Positions 11,101-22,930 of a stretch of 64,000 nucleotides of DNA are shown here, piece by piece. A program made the position numbers and the translations under genes. The DNA is taken from assembly GCA_030704615.1 (NCBI GenBank), contig CM060734.1, positions 34,596,001 to 34,660,000 on the forward strand, read 5' to 3'. This DNA comes from Takakia lepidozioides. Lineage: Eukaryota; Plantae; Bryophyta. The notes below the pieces were generated by a model. That model searched no databases, was not told the DNA's origin, and was given only the letters and a program-made list of their open reading frames with translations. The stretch's first letter is position 1; each line of letters opens with the position of its first letter.

Positions 11101-14100
11101 AGGAAAGAAAATCAGGGACAAGAAGGGAAGAAAAAGAAGCAAGGACAATATAGACACGGATACAAACAAAACAACGAACACGGATACAGTAAACTGAAAA
11201 TTGTGGTAGAGATTTGATGACTGTCATTAACCAAACCAAGAAGAAGAACAACATGTATGGTAGTGACAACCCACCATCACTTCCCCACCGACTTCATCAG
11301 TTCCTGACGGTGGTATTGGTCTATGCACAGAGCACAACCAACTTACTGAGTTTCTGTCACATATACGGAAGTAAGTGGAAAGATCAGTCATGTAGTTGTC
11401 TACCACTTAAACAAAGTGTGAGGAAACAAGTCAAAGAAGGCCAAGAAAGTGAACATATGAGGGGATAAGAATGAAGAAGAAAAAGAAGAGAAAAAAAAAC
11501 AGAGAAGAGAAGGAGGAAGAGATTAAGGGGTAAGTGAACTCCCTGTAGTAAGTGGGCTTCTACAAGCTCCCCACTTGACATCAGCGGAGTTGGGAATCGA
11601 TCATCTCAAAGATGCTGAAAGCGATAGTCCAAACAAAAAGCCTTCCTTTCTAAGAAAGCGTCCTTTTGATGAGATGAGGTTGTGAGTAACGGAGAAGGAT
11701 CAAACTTACCATTTGGAGAACAAAGAACGCTTTGGAGCTGATGAAGATGAAAAGACTAAAAATGTGACAGCCTAGTAAACTCTGAACTCACATTTGAGAG
11801 ATAAAATGAGATAGCCAGATCCAAGGTACAGAAAACTTTTTAAGGTGGAAAACACATGCACAAGGATAAAACATCGAGGGAAGTTACATTGAATAGGAGT
11901 AAAAGGAGGATGGAAACTAGTAGGAACGATGTCTGATAACTTAGAGAGCAACTCTAAGACGAGACCAATCAGCTATATCCTCACTAACTTCAGCAGTTCC
12001 TGACAGAGGGTGCAGACTGCAGACATAGTGAGTTTCTATGTCAACACTGGAAGACTCAGCCAACACAAGTTAGCATTCAAATCATCAAAAACTCCAGACG
12101 AAGAAAGAGAAATGAAATGAAATGGTACTTTATAACGTCCAGACAAATGAGATGAAATGGCACTTTATAACGTCCACAGGAAGCTCAAAAAGAATGAGAG
12201 AGAAATGAAATGAAATGAAATGGTACTTTATAACGTCTGCAGAAAGCTCAAAGAGATTATGGGACAAAATGGAAAAAACAAGAGAGAGGAAACAAAACCA
12301 GAGCCAAAAAACAGCCCAAAAGCAACTACTGCTCAAGGAATCTTCAGTTTCAATTTCCTGGTTGCGCCGGGTGCAAGCTGGGCATAGGCGGTCCTCCCGT
12401 TCACATGACAATGGAAATGAAATGATACTTTATAACATCCACAGAAAGCTCAAAGAGCTTATGGGACAAGAGGAAGCATGAAACAGAAAGAGAGAGGGAC
12501 CCTCCACAAACATTAAAGGAAGACAGAAAGTCATTATGTCTGTGGGAGGCCCAGAGGGCCCAAGGGAATGGTACTTTAGAAACTTTATAATGTCAGCGTG
12601 GCCCTTGAAAAAGCAGCCCAGAACTAGATAAAACACAGAAATGAGCATAAGAGTAAGTACCATGAGGAGTGGGTGGTGCCTGAGAAGCCGGAGCTTGGGA
12701 TTGTGATTGCGATTGTGATTGTGAGGTGGGAGAGGGAGAGGCCTGTCCTGCATTGTGAGTGGGGGCCTGTGATTGCTTTGCCGCTGGCTGCGAACTCTGC
12801 TGCTGCTGTTGCGGTGCTGTGGGAGGGGAGCAAGCCACACCAGCAGCCCCAGTCCTAGGCTGGGTTGACTGAGATTGGGTTGACTGCTGCATGGGCTGCT
12901 GTCTCGCAGGTGATGGCACTGGAGGACGTAACTGTGATGGCTGTGTTGGGGGCTGCATCTCACCTCGCACTTGATGATGTGGTGTTGTTCCAGGCATGTT
13001 ATAGCTTACGGGGCTTGTAAGAAGCTGGGGTGAGCGGGTCGCTGACAAAGGTTGTGGAGCTTGTCCTTGGATTGGGAAAAGAGGTGGATGTATTTGGGCC
13101 ACTGAGTGAGCCATAGGCTGCTGGATCTGCTGTGCTTGATTGACAGCCTGTGACAGATGGCCTCCAGGGTGCTGCATGTACATTCCAGGTGGTTGCTGTA
13201 GGTGAGCTCCAGGGTGAGCTCCAGCATGGGACATATATATGCCAGGGTGCTGGATGTACATGCCAGACTGCTGTATGTGGGCCCCAGGGTGAGCCATGTA
13301 GGGTTCTGTAGGCTGGGAAACTGTCAGGGGTCCTTGAGCTAGACTATGTGAGATCTGTGCTGCAGTCGGCTGCTGCTGTTGTGCCTGGGTTGCTGCTTGC
13401 TGCATTTGTGCCATAGAAGGCTGCTGCTTAGGCATCTGAAGCATGAGAGTGTGCTGGAGTTTCTGAGTTTGAGCAGACAGCATTTGGGCCTGTCCAAATA
13501 AAGCAACTCCATGTTAGCCATACTTTAAGTAGGCCCTGTCAGCTATTTGTCAGCAAAACAGTGGATCGAGGAAGAAAATTGAGGGTCATGAGATACATGC
13601 AAAAAACTGCACAATTGGGGAAGTCTACCGGGCATTAGGTTAGCTCAGGCACTGTTGCATGGACATGAGTAACCCCAGCATACATGGGCCTCCCAATCAA
13701 CTACCCAGGTGATCAAATGTTAATGTACTTTTACATGATCAACACCGGAATGGATTACCATTTTCCTCTTGGAGAGCAGAAGTTTGCTTTCAAGAGAAAA
13801 GGCTAAAACTTTGGACATGGCCAGTTGGCAAACACAAGTAAATTCAGTACAGGACATGCAGCTGGATCACAGCAAACCTGCGGGAACATCTGAGATTCAA
13901 TGACTGGATAGTAAGCCTGCATACTGGGAATCAGCCTCAAACTAGAAGTTGGGAACACCAAAAATTACAATTTTAAATTATTGCATCAGGAAGACATCAC
14001 ATGATCAGAATTTAATACATCTTTTCTTCTCTATATATATACCCCAATATTAGACATCTATGGCAGGTTACTTTGAAGTGAAAACCCTATGAAGGTTTGA

Positions 14101-14788
14101 GAAAAATTCAGTCACCTTTGCATATTGCTGAGTCTCTTTAACAACTAAGGAGGCCGGTTTCTCCCACTGGGTTGCTCCTGTTGCAACATTGTGGTAAAAC
14201 GGTTTGCCATTTGGAGATTCATGAGTGGTCCACTCTTCTGCAGATTTTGACTCACCCAATGTCCTGTACAAGTTTGTGTCTTGCAAAGGGGTCCCGGTGG
14301 TCGCATGATAAGTCTTGTTGACATCTTGCCCAGTAGAGTACTCTGCTAATAACTTGCTAAGCTCAGTTTGTCCTGTATTTGTGCTTTGCAAATGCCCATT
14401 GGCTGTTTCCTGCAAACACACCAAAAGGAGGGGTGCTACATTATGAATGTGCATAAGTAAACTTGGAAGTTTCAAATATGAAAACAGGGATCAGCTTCTC
14501 AGTCACAGAAGCAAATTCTTGCAATCAGATTGTACTCAATAAGACGTTGTTTGCCCTAGCCTTGTGGCCATTGACCCGCGTGATTCTTGCAATCAGAATA
14601 GAACCACAAGTTCATTCGGATGTGTTTTACCAGCTAATTACAAAAAGGTGGACATGCTCTCCACACGTGTTTACCACTTCCATATGGTTGGGAACAACAT
14701 ATGAATCAGTAGTAGCTCCTGGCCTTGTCCGCAATGACTTCACAGTGGTTGTCGTGACTATAAAATCTTCAAGAGGATGTATGATATC
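2169..14788 (-). CDS. WW-domain, Q/P-rich low-complexity, RRM RNA-binding protein (FCA/CELF-related); 3' end lies beyond the left window edge, 5' end unresolved
   Basis: Phase-compatible GT-AG exons: 14788-14675 (tentative), 14409-14116 (WW: EWTTHESPNGKPFYHNVATGATQWEKP), 13489-12661 (Q/P/S/H-rich), 2303-2169 (RRM: G-ANLFVFGIPEDMDDKKLAELFAPYGAVIYAKVGVEKDTGRNRTYG). The phase-1 junction across the 12660-2304 intron gives PHG-ANLFVF, matching the GPxGANLF start of CELF-type RRM3. Confidence 0.8.
3000..4448 (+). mobile_element. Cluster of four 5'-truncated LINE 3' ends (family A, RTEX-like)
   Basis: ORF 3024-3440 has RFRVGSHNLRIETGRW...CPAC...ETEEHFFFYCPLY (C-terminal Zn knuckle of non-LTR ORF2). 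Each copy ends AAGCTC-TTT-GAGCTTTCCGCGGACGTTATAAAGTACC(ATTTC)n or a close variant, with tails near 3540, 4022, 4302 and 4448. Confidence 0.8.
7152..7223 (+). tRNA. tRNA-like cloverleaf inside the 5' LTR (probably a Pol III promoter module, not a functional tRNA)
   Basis: GGATGGG TA GCTC AGTGGTA GAGC A CCCCA CCGGAAA GGGGG AGGTC CTAGG TTCAATC CCTAG CCCGACC A: 72 nt with intact D and T arms and A and B boxes. Acceptor stem is imperfect and position 33 is C rather than U. Confidence 0.65.
7374..7445 (+). tRNA. tRNA-like cloverleaf inside the 3' LTR
   Basis: Second copy with identical A box (TAGCTCAGTGG) and B box (GGTTCAATCC). Confidence 0.65.
8277..9396 (-). mobile_element. LINE family B insertion with 5' inversion (twin-priming structure)
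   Basis: 8277-~8821 is the 3' end in minus orientation (ORF ends ...ANNVL*). ~8822-9396 is the adjacent upstream segment in plus orientation. Flanked by the 15-bp TSD CAGTCTGCAGATAGA (8262-8276, 9397-9411). Confidence 0.9.
10023..10161 (+). mobile_element. LINE family A 3' fragment
   Basis: AGGCCTTCACCCTTAGACAATCCC...GAGCTTTCCGCGGACGTTATAAAGTACC(ATTTC)n. Confidence 0.75.
10285..10490 (+). mobile_element. tRNA-derived SINE-like repeat (copy 2)
   Basis: CCAGTGGTTAGGGCACAAGGCTGCCTTACAAGTGGTCGTGTTCAAAG...ATGCTGGATGTCACCCA; aligns by eye to the reverse complement of 1010-1232. Confidence 0.55.
12108..12515 (-). mobile_element. Stack of about four LINE family A 3' tails
   Basis: Repeated (GAAAT)n-GGTACTTTATAACGTCC motifs near 12110, 12152, 12202 and 12414, immediately downstream of the 12661 splice donor. 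Confidence 0.75.
14530..14582 (-). mobile_element. 53-bp extreme 3' tip of LINE family B
   Basis: TTGTACTCAATAAGACGTTGTTTGCCCTAGCCTTGTGGCCATTGACCCGCG matches the family B end. Perfect 15-bp TSD ATTCTTGCAATCAGA (14515-14529, 14583-14597). Confidence 0.88.
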
Positions 14789-15419
14789 CTAGTAAAGGTA
14801 GGCGAATCAAACCCGAAAGTAGCAAAGCTGTGCTAATTCATCTTCAGAAGTATACAGTCCTTCTGATTTAATGTTCTCAACCATCAGTGCTCTAAGAAAA
14901 TGGAACCCCAGCAGTCGCAAGCCAAAATCTCCATGCAAGAAGCTAGCCCAGCTTGGGGCAGGTAAGTTGGCACCAACTTATGGATTTTTTATTTTTTATT
15001 TTTTCATTTAAAAATATATATATCCCAAAGCTGATACTGTGTGCGGGGACCGAGCCACAAACAACTATGCAAGGAGGCTAGTGGTTATCCAAACCCATCT
15101 CCTCCTTCATCTGTGACGTGCTAAACTAGTGTTTCCTCTGTATCCTCCTTTCCACAAGTGTGAAACACCAAAAGACAAGGAAAGCGAGTACAACAGGAAA
15201 AGCGCACAGCCTTCTCAAGGACAGGCACCCAAATAGAAATTTGGTCCTGGGATTGGCCACAGAGCACTGATCCTTCTAGAAATGATTTGAGCACCACATG
15301 AAGTACAAAGTGATTGAAAGTTCACTCTAAGGACTACTAAGAAAACAATTTCCGCCTTGAATCCAAGATGCCCAAATCTCAGTCGGTATAGAGCTGATTC
15401 AACTTGGTATGAAGTTAAC

Positions 15420-15601
15420 ACCTCACAGAGGTGTTCCATTACGAGGATCAGAAATGCTTGGGAGCATATCTGCACGAGGCATTCCCTTGATCAAAAGTTT
15501 TGGGCTGCTTGTTGAGAACTCCACTCTCTTTCTTGTTTCATGCTTTCTCCTCTCTCATAAGCTTTTGTGGACATAAAGTACCATTTCATTTCATTTCATT
15601 T
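15420..15601 (+). mobile_element. LINE family A 3' fragment
   Basis: GAGGATCAGAAATGCTTGG...AAAGTACC(ATTTC)n tail. Confidence 0.7.
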
Positions 15602-18600
15602 CTTCCAAAACAGAGAACCCCCCATGTGTTTCAAACACAAACACACCCCGCCCTCCCTCAACATTTTGATGATTCAACTCCAAACAAATTGAAAAGGGGT
15701 ATCCCCATCTCCATTCACTAAATCTGAGAGTGGAGCATAGAACTCATCTTGCCCTTACAATGTTAGGAAACCTTGATACAACACTGCCGTTGATCTGGAA
15801 GGCTAATGAAGCTATTATACTCCAGTACCCTTCACAATTTTCAACTGCAGGATACTACATGCTATGATACCATGTGTAGCACCACTGGAACCTGGTGGAT
15901 GAGCGCTTTTGAACCTTGAAGCATTGAAAGCATCCATACCGGGGTTATGAAAGAATGCAACTACAAACGATCCATCCAACAAGGCCATAAAGGGTCCAAA
16001 TCCACATCTGAAATGAACCCAAATTTGGATTGAATCACTTCTAGTGTAAGATCTACAGCCATACATGCCAGGACATCCCATAACCTGATTGAAAACAGCT
16101 CCTAAAAGTTTTCCAAAAGAGTTCTGTCCAGGAAGTCCTACTTGTTACAGCAGCAAAACGATCCACTTAAACAGCTCAAATTAAGCTCATAACTTTGGAT
16201 ATTACACTAGTCCTATATCACTGATAATATATAGTTCCAAATTCTCCTTACTTGCAATTTTAAGTTTCTTTATCTTCAACCTCTTGAAAGAACATTAGAG
16301 TTAAGAATAACAGAATTGCCTCATCAAGACAGAAGCTCGACTCTGCGAATGCTGAGTATCTCAATCTCTGCCTTGAGTGATTGAATAATTGTGGCTTGTT
16401 GGTGCCTAAGGTTACCCCTGAATGGAACGGAAGTCGCACTCTGTGGAAAGAGTCCGATGGTTGCTTCACATGACGATCAAGAGCCCATGGGTTTCAATAT
16501 TTTCCCATTCTAACCTGCAGGTTGCAGAAACTTACTTGGCAGTTGGGAGCCTCATTCGCCTTGCTCCATCAGACTCGCATGGCACCAACTTTGCAAAAGG
16601 TAACCTTGCATCCATATAATGCCAGCCAAGGACATTCTGACTAATGAAGTAGTGTCCTTGTTCAAGTGTTATAACCCCTAGAGAAATTTGTGATCCAATG
16701 TAGCAGACTACTAAGATATACATACTGCATGTAAGGCTGAGTGAACTCCAGACTTACGTTTTAAAGTCTACATGCTTGATATAGCACCCTACTAAGGTTT
16801 TGAGTCATGGGAGCCTCTTCAATTCTAGGACTTGGAAAACAGTCGGTGATATGCTTCGAGAGTAGCAATATCATTAAAGCTCCAAATGAATGGAGTTGCA
16901 ACCTACTTTGCACCATCTATATGCCAGTAAGTGAAGTTGAAAGTAGAATTTCAATGTTTAGCCTAGTAAATGGAGGACGCACCACTGAACACCAATGTTT
17001 GATGCCAAGACCTATAACACCCAACATGACCGAATTAGCATATCAGAGGTACTTTTTAAGTCTTCAAATGCTTCAGTAGACAGTACACTAGGGATAGATG
17101 CTCTCACTGACAACTTACGAGCTGAAATTGAGCAAATTATTGACCACCAAGAGCACAGCATCATTGGTGTCCTATTGACACTTGATAATCTGGAGGTGGA
17201 TGCTTAAGCTCAATTTGGGTGCCCTACGTCTGTTTAGAACATTGCAATACCACCATCCCCACAACGTAGACACACTTTGGAATGTGCACTGATTCCTAAA
17301 ACTTACATGGAATCCCAGGCCATATTTTAGGCCAACAACCTGTGAACCTCATCCTATACCAGGCCTGCAGCTCAAATTGTTGTAGCCCCCAGGAGAATGT
17401 CCAGACTAGAATACCTAAGAATGTAAGAACCCAACAGCCAGGTCCAGGGAAACCGGTCTTTCCCAGTCGTTCCCTTGCAGAGCTCTGTCATCAGAGCCAT
17501 TGTCTGCAGGGCTACAATAAATGTACGATTAACGACTTCCTCAGCTTTTCAAAAGCCAACTGGTTTACTGACTTCTGCTTACACAATGAACTCCTACTCA
17601 TAATCATCCTCTATGGGAGGATATCACACAAACTCCGGAGGACAGAATCACTGGCTAAAATGTCCCCTGCCGATTATCACTAATCTTTAGTCACGCTTGA
17701 CTTCAAACCATGTTCAACTTGTGTTGATGAAAACAGACAAATGTGCACAGCAAATACCTGTCTACAAAGAGTTTGAACGGACTCTTGCAGTGTGGGATGA
17801 CATACACATCACACTGAACAGCGTAGCTGTCAATTTTGGAACCTACAAGGCTCACAAAAATTCAACAACCAATCCAGACTAAATTGAGAAGAAGTGAAGA
17901 TTATATTAACTTGACCCTCGACTGGTGTATCAGCACATGAATGTTACTGAGTTGACCAGACATGGTGCAAAGCTGTGGAAATCTCTGCAAATTCTCTTCA
18001 AGATCAAAGACCCTTGAAAAACAGTTTGAAGCGTCAAGATGCCATTTTCATACAATCCCAGGAACTAAAGCTTAAAGTGCTATACCCAACACCTCAGAGA
18101 AACATCCCCCGCCCCCCCACCATTCCCACGTATGTCTTTCTTCGTGGACTCTGCCATGAAAGTTAGCCAACGATAAAATATATCACACGGGTAAATACAA
18201 TCTCTCCTCATTGGCTTTCCAGATCCTTGACAGTAGAACATTCAAATAGTTATGTAGAATGAATAGTACCAGCTCTCACAAAATTGCAGCTCGAAGAACC
18301 TCACATTTGTTCAATGGGGGCCTTTACTGCAGACAGCTAAACCTCAACATGCAAGTCCCAGCAAATGCTGGAGGAGATGCTTTTTGACTGGATACATGAC
18401 AAAAAATGTACTCAGGAGCAGATTGGTATGTAAGATGGCCTTGCACACCGGCACTTCATGCATGGTTGATGATTAGAGTAATGCAAAGCTATAGCCAGCA
18501 ATTAAAGTGGTTTCCTCAAATCCCTATCCTGACTCTTCAGCACCCATTGGTCAGTAGTCAAGCCTGCCTCAGGCTTACAGACTGGAGAAACATAATGCAC

Positions 18601-20971
18601 CAAAGTGACACGGCCGAAAGAGGCTTCACCCTATTTTCTTAAACTATCTTACCAGACAGCAAGGATCTCAGATCAATTCCATCCCCAACTGGATTTGATT
18701 GCTAACTCCAAGAAAAATGGTTTCCTTATTCGACAAAATTCTACAAACATAGCAGAAAAGGCCACTATGTCAGAAAGCCAAAAAACACTGAAAGATAGGT
18801 TACAAAACTTTGTCAGGCTGTCTTTCACCTCCTCTCTATGTATGTGACGTCAGCACCTCTGGACTGAGATACAACACCAAGGAAAACATCCGCTCACCCA
18901 TGCATTAATTCAGATTCTGCCTTCCCAGCTTTCTTCAAAGAGTCATCACGAACACTGGAGCTGCACAACCCTCTATGTTATTGATGGTCTTCACAGACCA
19001 GCCAAAGGAGAAAGAATTCCAAAGTGCTCTCACAGGTTCCTACAGAGGTCTAACTATATCTACCTAAAATGGTGGCATATTGCATCAAACAACATGAACT
19101 GACCAAGACCACTACTCTGAAGAACTCAACTCTTGCAGAACCAAACAAGTTTTGTGTGGCTGTGGTCAGCTAAATGCACCTGCTGTACCAATGTCATCAA
19201 GCATTCCGTTGTCCAATACACAATAGATGATACATGGAAAAGCTCTAAAGGCAGATTGAGAAGTTGATCACAATAATACATTAACCATTGACCAACTTAT
19301 ATGGACTTAAGCCTTAGAGGATGGTTGTATATCCGACAAGCTATTATCAAAGTATATGTGCAATAAATAAACCAGATCTAATTGCCAGTGCAGCAGCATG
19401 CCAAAAGTGAACTCTGAGGCATCCATCTGGTGATCTTTATGGCTCAGGAGACCATAAATACTAAAATCTATATATCTACACGATCATTGAGGTCCAAAGT
19501 TCCTTTCAACAGTGAGAATAAGCAGCCCATTGTTTTGCCCCTAGTTTGATGATTACAAGGTCACTACTCATCAACAAAAACTGAATCATTCGATTCCTCA
19601 TACTAACATACGGTCAAGCAACTGTACTTCTGGACCGAAAGTTTAAGCTTTAAGGATTTTAGCCACAGGAACTCTGTCCAGACTGGTATAAGTAGTCCAC
19701 GAAAGACCATACAAGTTTGACTTGGCACCTATCTTCATTGATTGAAAAATCTCTCTAGCCTATGTTCAGCTCTACGCCGATGGAACAATCTCTATAGACC
19801 ACATCCTACCTACAAGCTAGAGCAAGAGGCAAAAGCCTAGACCAGATTAACAAAAACTTCTTTCTGAATGAGATAAGTTTATTGCCAGGGCGTTGCAAAA
19901 CTGTTTACACCTGGAATAAGTATGTTTCAAGCCTACAATCTCTACCTTCTCTGTCATTTCCTGTTGTCACATTGAGGTCTCATCAAACCTGGCTGGACGT
20001 GAAAGCACTGGCTTTCATTTCTTCTTCAATGGTGTGAAGAAAGTTGATAGCCTCTCTGTAAGCTGACTGATAACCAGTTTATCAAAGGCCTCACAGATGA
20101 AGGCAACTTGGATCAGGGTCATCTTTCCCACTCCCACGATCTTCGGTATCAATCTCTAAAGAGACATCTTCTTTGCAGGTTCAAGGTATGAAGAGTCACA
20201 GAACTGCACGTTAATTTCATACCACAAAACATTCAGACGGTTCATTCTTACACTTGCAAAATTGAGTTCTCTGGAGCTGGGATAATTGAGTTGAAATAAA
20301 GAAGTTCCCACTGACATTCAACTGCTTGGTTCGAAGTGGACCACCACCTTCTTGATGCAGACTCGGAGAAACATGGACAAATTTAGTTTCGGAGCCTCAA
20401 GCACAGGTAGTTTCTCGGAGAGTATCACAAAAAAATACCACAGCTTTAACAACTACAAAGACCTATGTTTCCAACCCAAATGCTAGTGCTCCCAAATATA
20501 ACTTAACCCATGACAACACCAGGAAAAATCCTTTTGGGTTTAAAAACTAATTACTTGTAAGTGAGCATGTTCCAGATTGCAAGATCAAGCCTTTGTTTTG
20601 CATGACCACTACAATCAAAACAGAGGATTTATGGTGACTTGGATGAAAACCTACAGGCAGCTCAAGAACAGCGGAAGGGCATTAAAGCCTACAGGAGTAC
20701 ACATCACATGCTCTGACTATACAAAAACTCTGGAGGTTGGAGACTACAGAGCTGTTGTTATTGGTTTCCATTCAGGAACAAAGCTGTCTAGTGAGGAGGA
20801 CAAAAGGTAAAGATTCACTCTGAAGGTAAACAAAGCCTTTTGAGCTACTCAGATGGTTGGACAGAAACCAAGGAGCAACAAGGAAAATCTGGGCACTCTC
20901 CTGGCAGAGTAAGATTGCCCAAATGACTTAAGATGTGACAGCCCACACTACATGCAAAGTCGGCCCTTGAC

Positions 20972-22930
20972 TTATCTACGTACGTGAGATAAGCCCACAT
21001 GGCGTTGCATGTCATAGGATCCCCAGGTCGGGGTTGGTCCGGTTGCATAAGACACACCATTCTCCACAGCAAGCGGCATCTGAATGGTAACAAGTGGAGA
21101 AACTATGAGCGACAAACCTACACAAAAAGAACATTGCTCTTGCAAATTTAGATTTGGGAATAAAGTGCTGCTTGCAGACCCAGAGTAATGATGAAGAAAC
21201 AAATTATTCTTGATTCAACAGTGGTGAGATGCAAGCCTGAGCTCCTTACATCAGCGACCAGGATGGTGAACTTCACAGCTTCCCCAGCGGCACAAGGATA
21301 CGAACCACCATGTTGAGACCACATTAAAAACTAGTACAATTGGGCAGACATGTACGCTTGCAAATACAACCAAGATCAAACCCTGATTGTTCCCACACAG
21401 ACAGGCTTGGATTCCAAGTCGAGCCGCTCAATGGCAAGCGCACACATCTCAGCACAAATGAATTCTCCAAACCAAAACACTCTATTGTATAAGAAACCAA
21501 ACCTGGGAATGGATGCCATAACCATCACCATAAATCTGCTGCGGTAGAGTACTGTAAGAAACCTCTTGGACAGGATATCCCCCATTGTATGTTCCCCCTC
21601 CTGGCACAGGACAGGCACAGCCCTCCAAAGTAAGTATCTTGCTTTACAGGGGTAAAAAGACAACTTGCCTTGCATCACAACAAAGATCATACAGACTTGA
21701 CCCGAGTTAGTGCCATTGGATGAGACCGTGGATCGAAAGCAGAAAACTAACCAGGAGTAAGACGTGCTCTCTTTTCTGTGTTAGTAAGCTCTGCCCGCAG
21801 CTTCTCCACATCTCTGGCCATTATGACCAGATTCTTTTCCATTGCTTGTCTCTGCTCCAGCTGCTCAGCATTTGCCTTCTTCTCATAATCGATGGCCGTT
21901 CTGCTCAAAGAGTTATGAAACACATGAGACACAGTGTCAGTTAGACTACAGACGCTTTCTTGGATTATTCTGTCTGGACCTTGCCAATCGATGCATCGTA
22001 CATGCACATGAATTTCTGTACAAGATGTCCATTTAAGCAGATATGAAACTGTGAAAGCATTGACGATTCCTCAACAATCAACACACTATCTTCCGACCAC
22101 TGACGTCAGAACAGCCTCCCTATTTACATTGTTTCCTCTAAACAAAAATCTGGTGTAAAGAATGACCCACCAGACTCTATCTTTGAGAGTGCCGGATGCT
22201 CAAGAAATTATCGAGACCACGCGGAACAATAATACATCACTCTCAAACGGTAAAAGAAAGACTGCACCTCCACAAGAACCTCCTCAATTTCTAATCTTGA
22301 TAGACCCAAGAAAGCCAATGTCCCAAACAGCACCCGATATATACACGACCTGGCCCGCTGAAGCTCCTGTCGCATGGTCTCAATTTCGGTCCTCAAAGAA
22401 GGGACCTGCATAGCCTCCGCGCGTGCCCGCTGCAACTCCTGCGTCAACGTCCGCACTTGTTGCGAGAGCTCTTGAGAATGAACATGAAGCTTTTGGCAAT
22501 CATTGCGTGCTTGGTGAAGCTCTGTTTTCAGGGGCTCAGTTGCTCGCAAATCAGCCTCCAGTTTCGCAGATTTCTCCAAGCAACCTCTAATTTGACCTTC
22601 CTTCTCAGTCTGAATACCTTGAATCAATGCCTGCAGCCGCTGCATTTCCTGCTGTGCGGCAGCGAGTTCCTGCCTGAGAGCCACATGTGTCGCAGCAAGG
22701 CGCTGGTTCTCCGTCAAGAGCCTCTGGATCTCGTTGTGCTGGGTGGTTATCTTCTGCTCAATCATTCCTGGTGGAGGTCCAGCCATTGCTTGTGGAGGCC
22801 CAACCATTTGTGGCCGAAGTTGCTGAGTATATTGTCCAGTTCCAGCCCGCATGATTCCAGCGCCTGGTTGAAGTCCCGCCCGAGCGTTCAGCACATGAGC
22901 GGCTGGCACTGGCCGGTTTCTGTTTGACAT
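20972..22930 (-). CDS. FLX: Protein FLX-like (FLC EXPRESSOR / FLL family coiled-coil protein), 311 aa
   Basis: Exons 22930-22350, 21900-21752, 21600-21503 and 21079-20972 (936 nt, all GT-AG, in frame). Family motifs: [76 protein letters not shown], and a G/Y-rich tail ending [17 protein letters not shown]. Confidence 0.93.

Noticed and set aside
15940-16615. Candidate first exons of the WW-RRM gene (MDARLPFAK...|GTAAGT and an acceptor near 16084)
   Set aside because: Good splice signals, but I could not join them in frame to 14788 without a stop; left unresolved.
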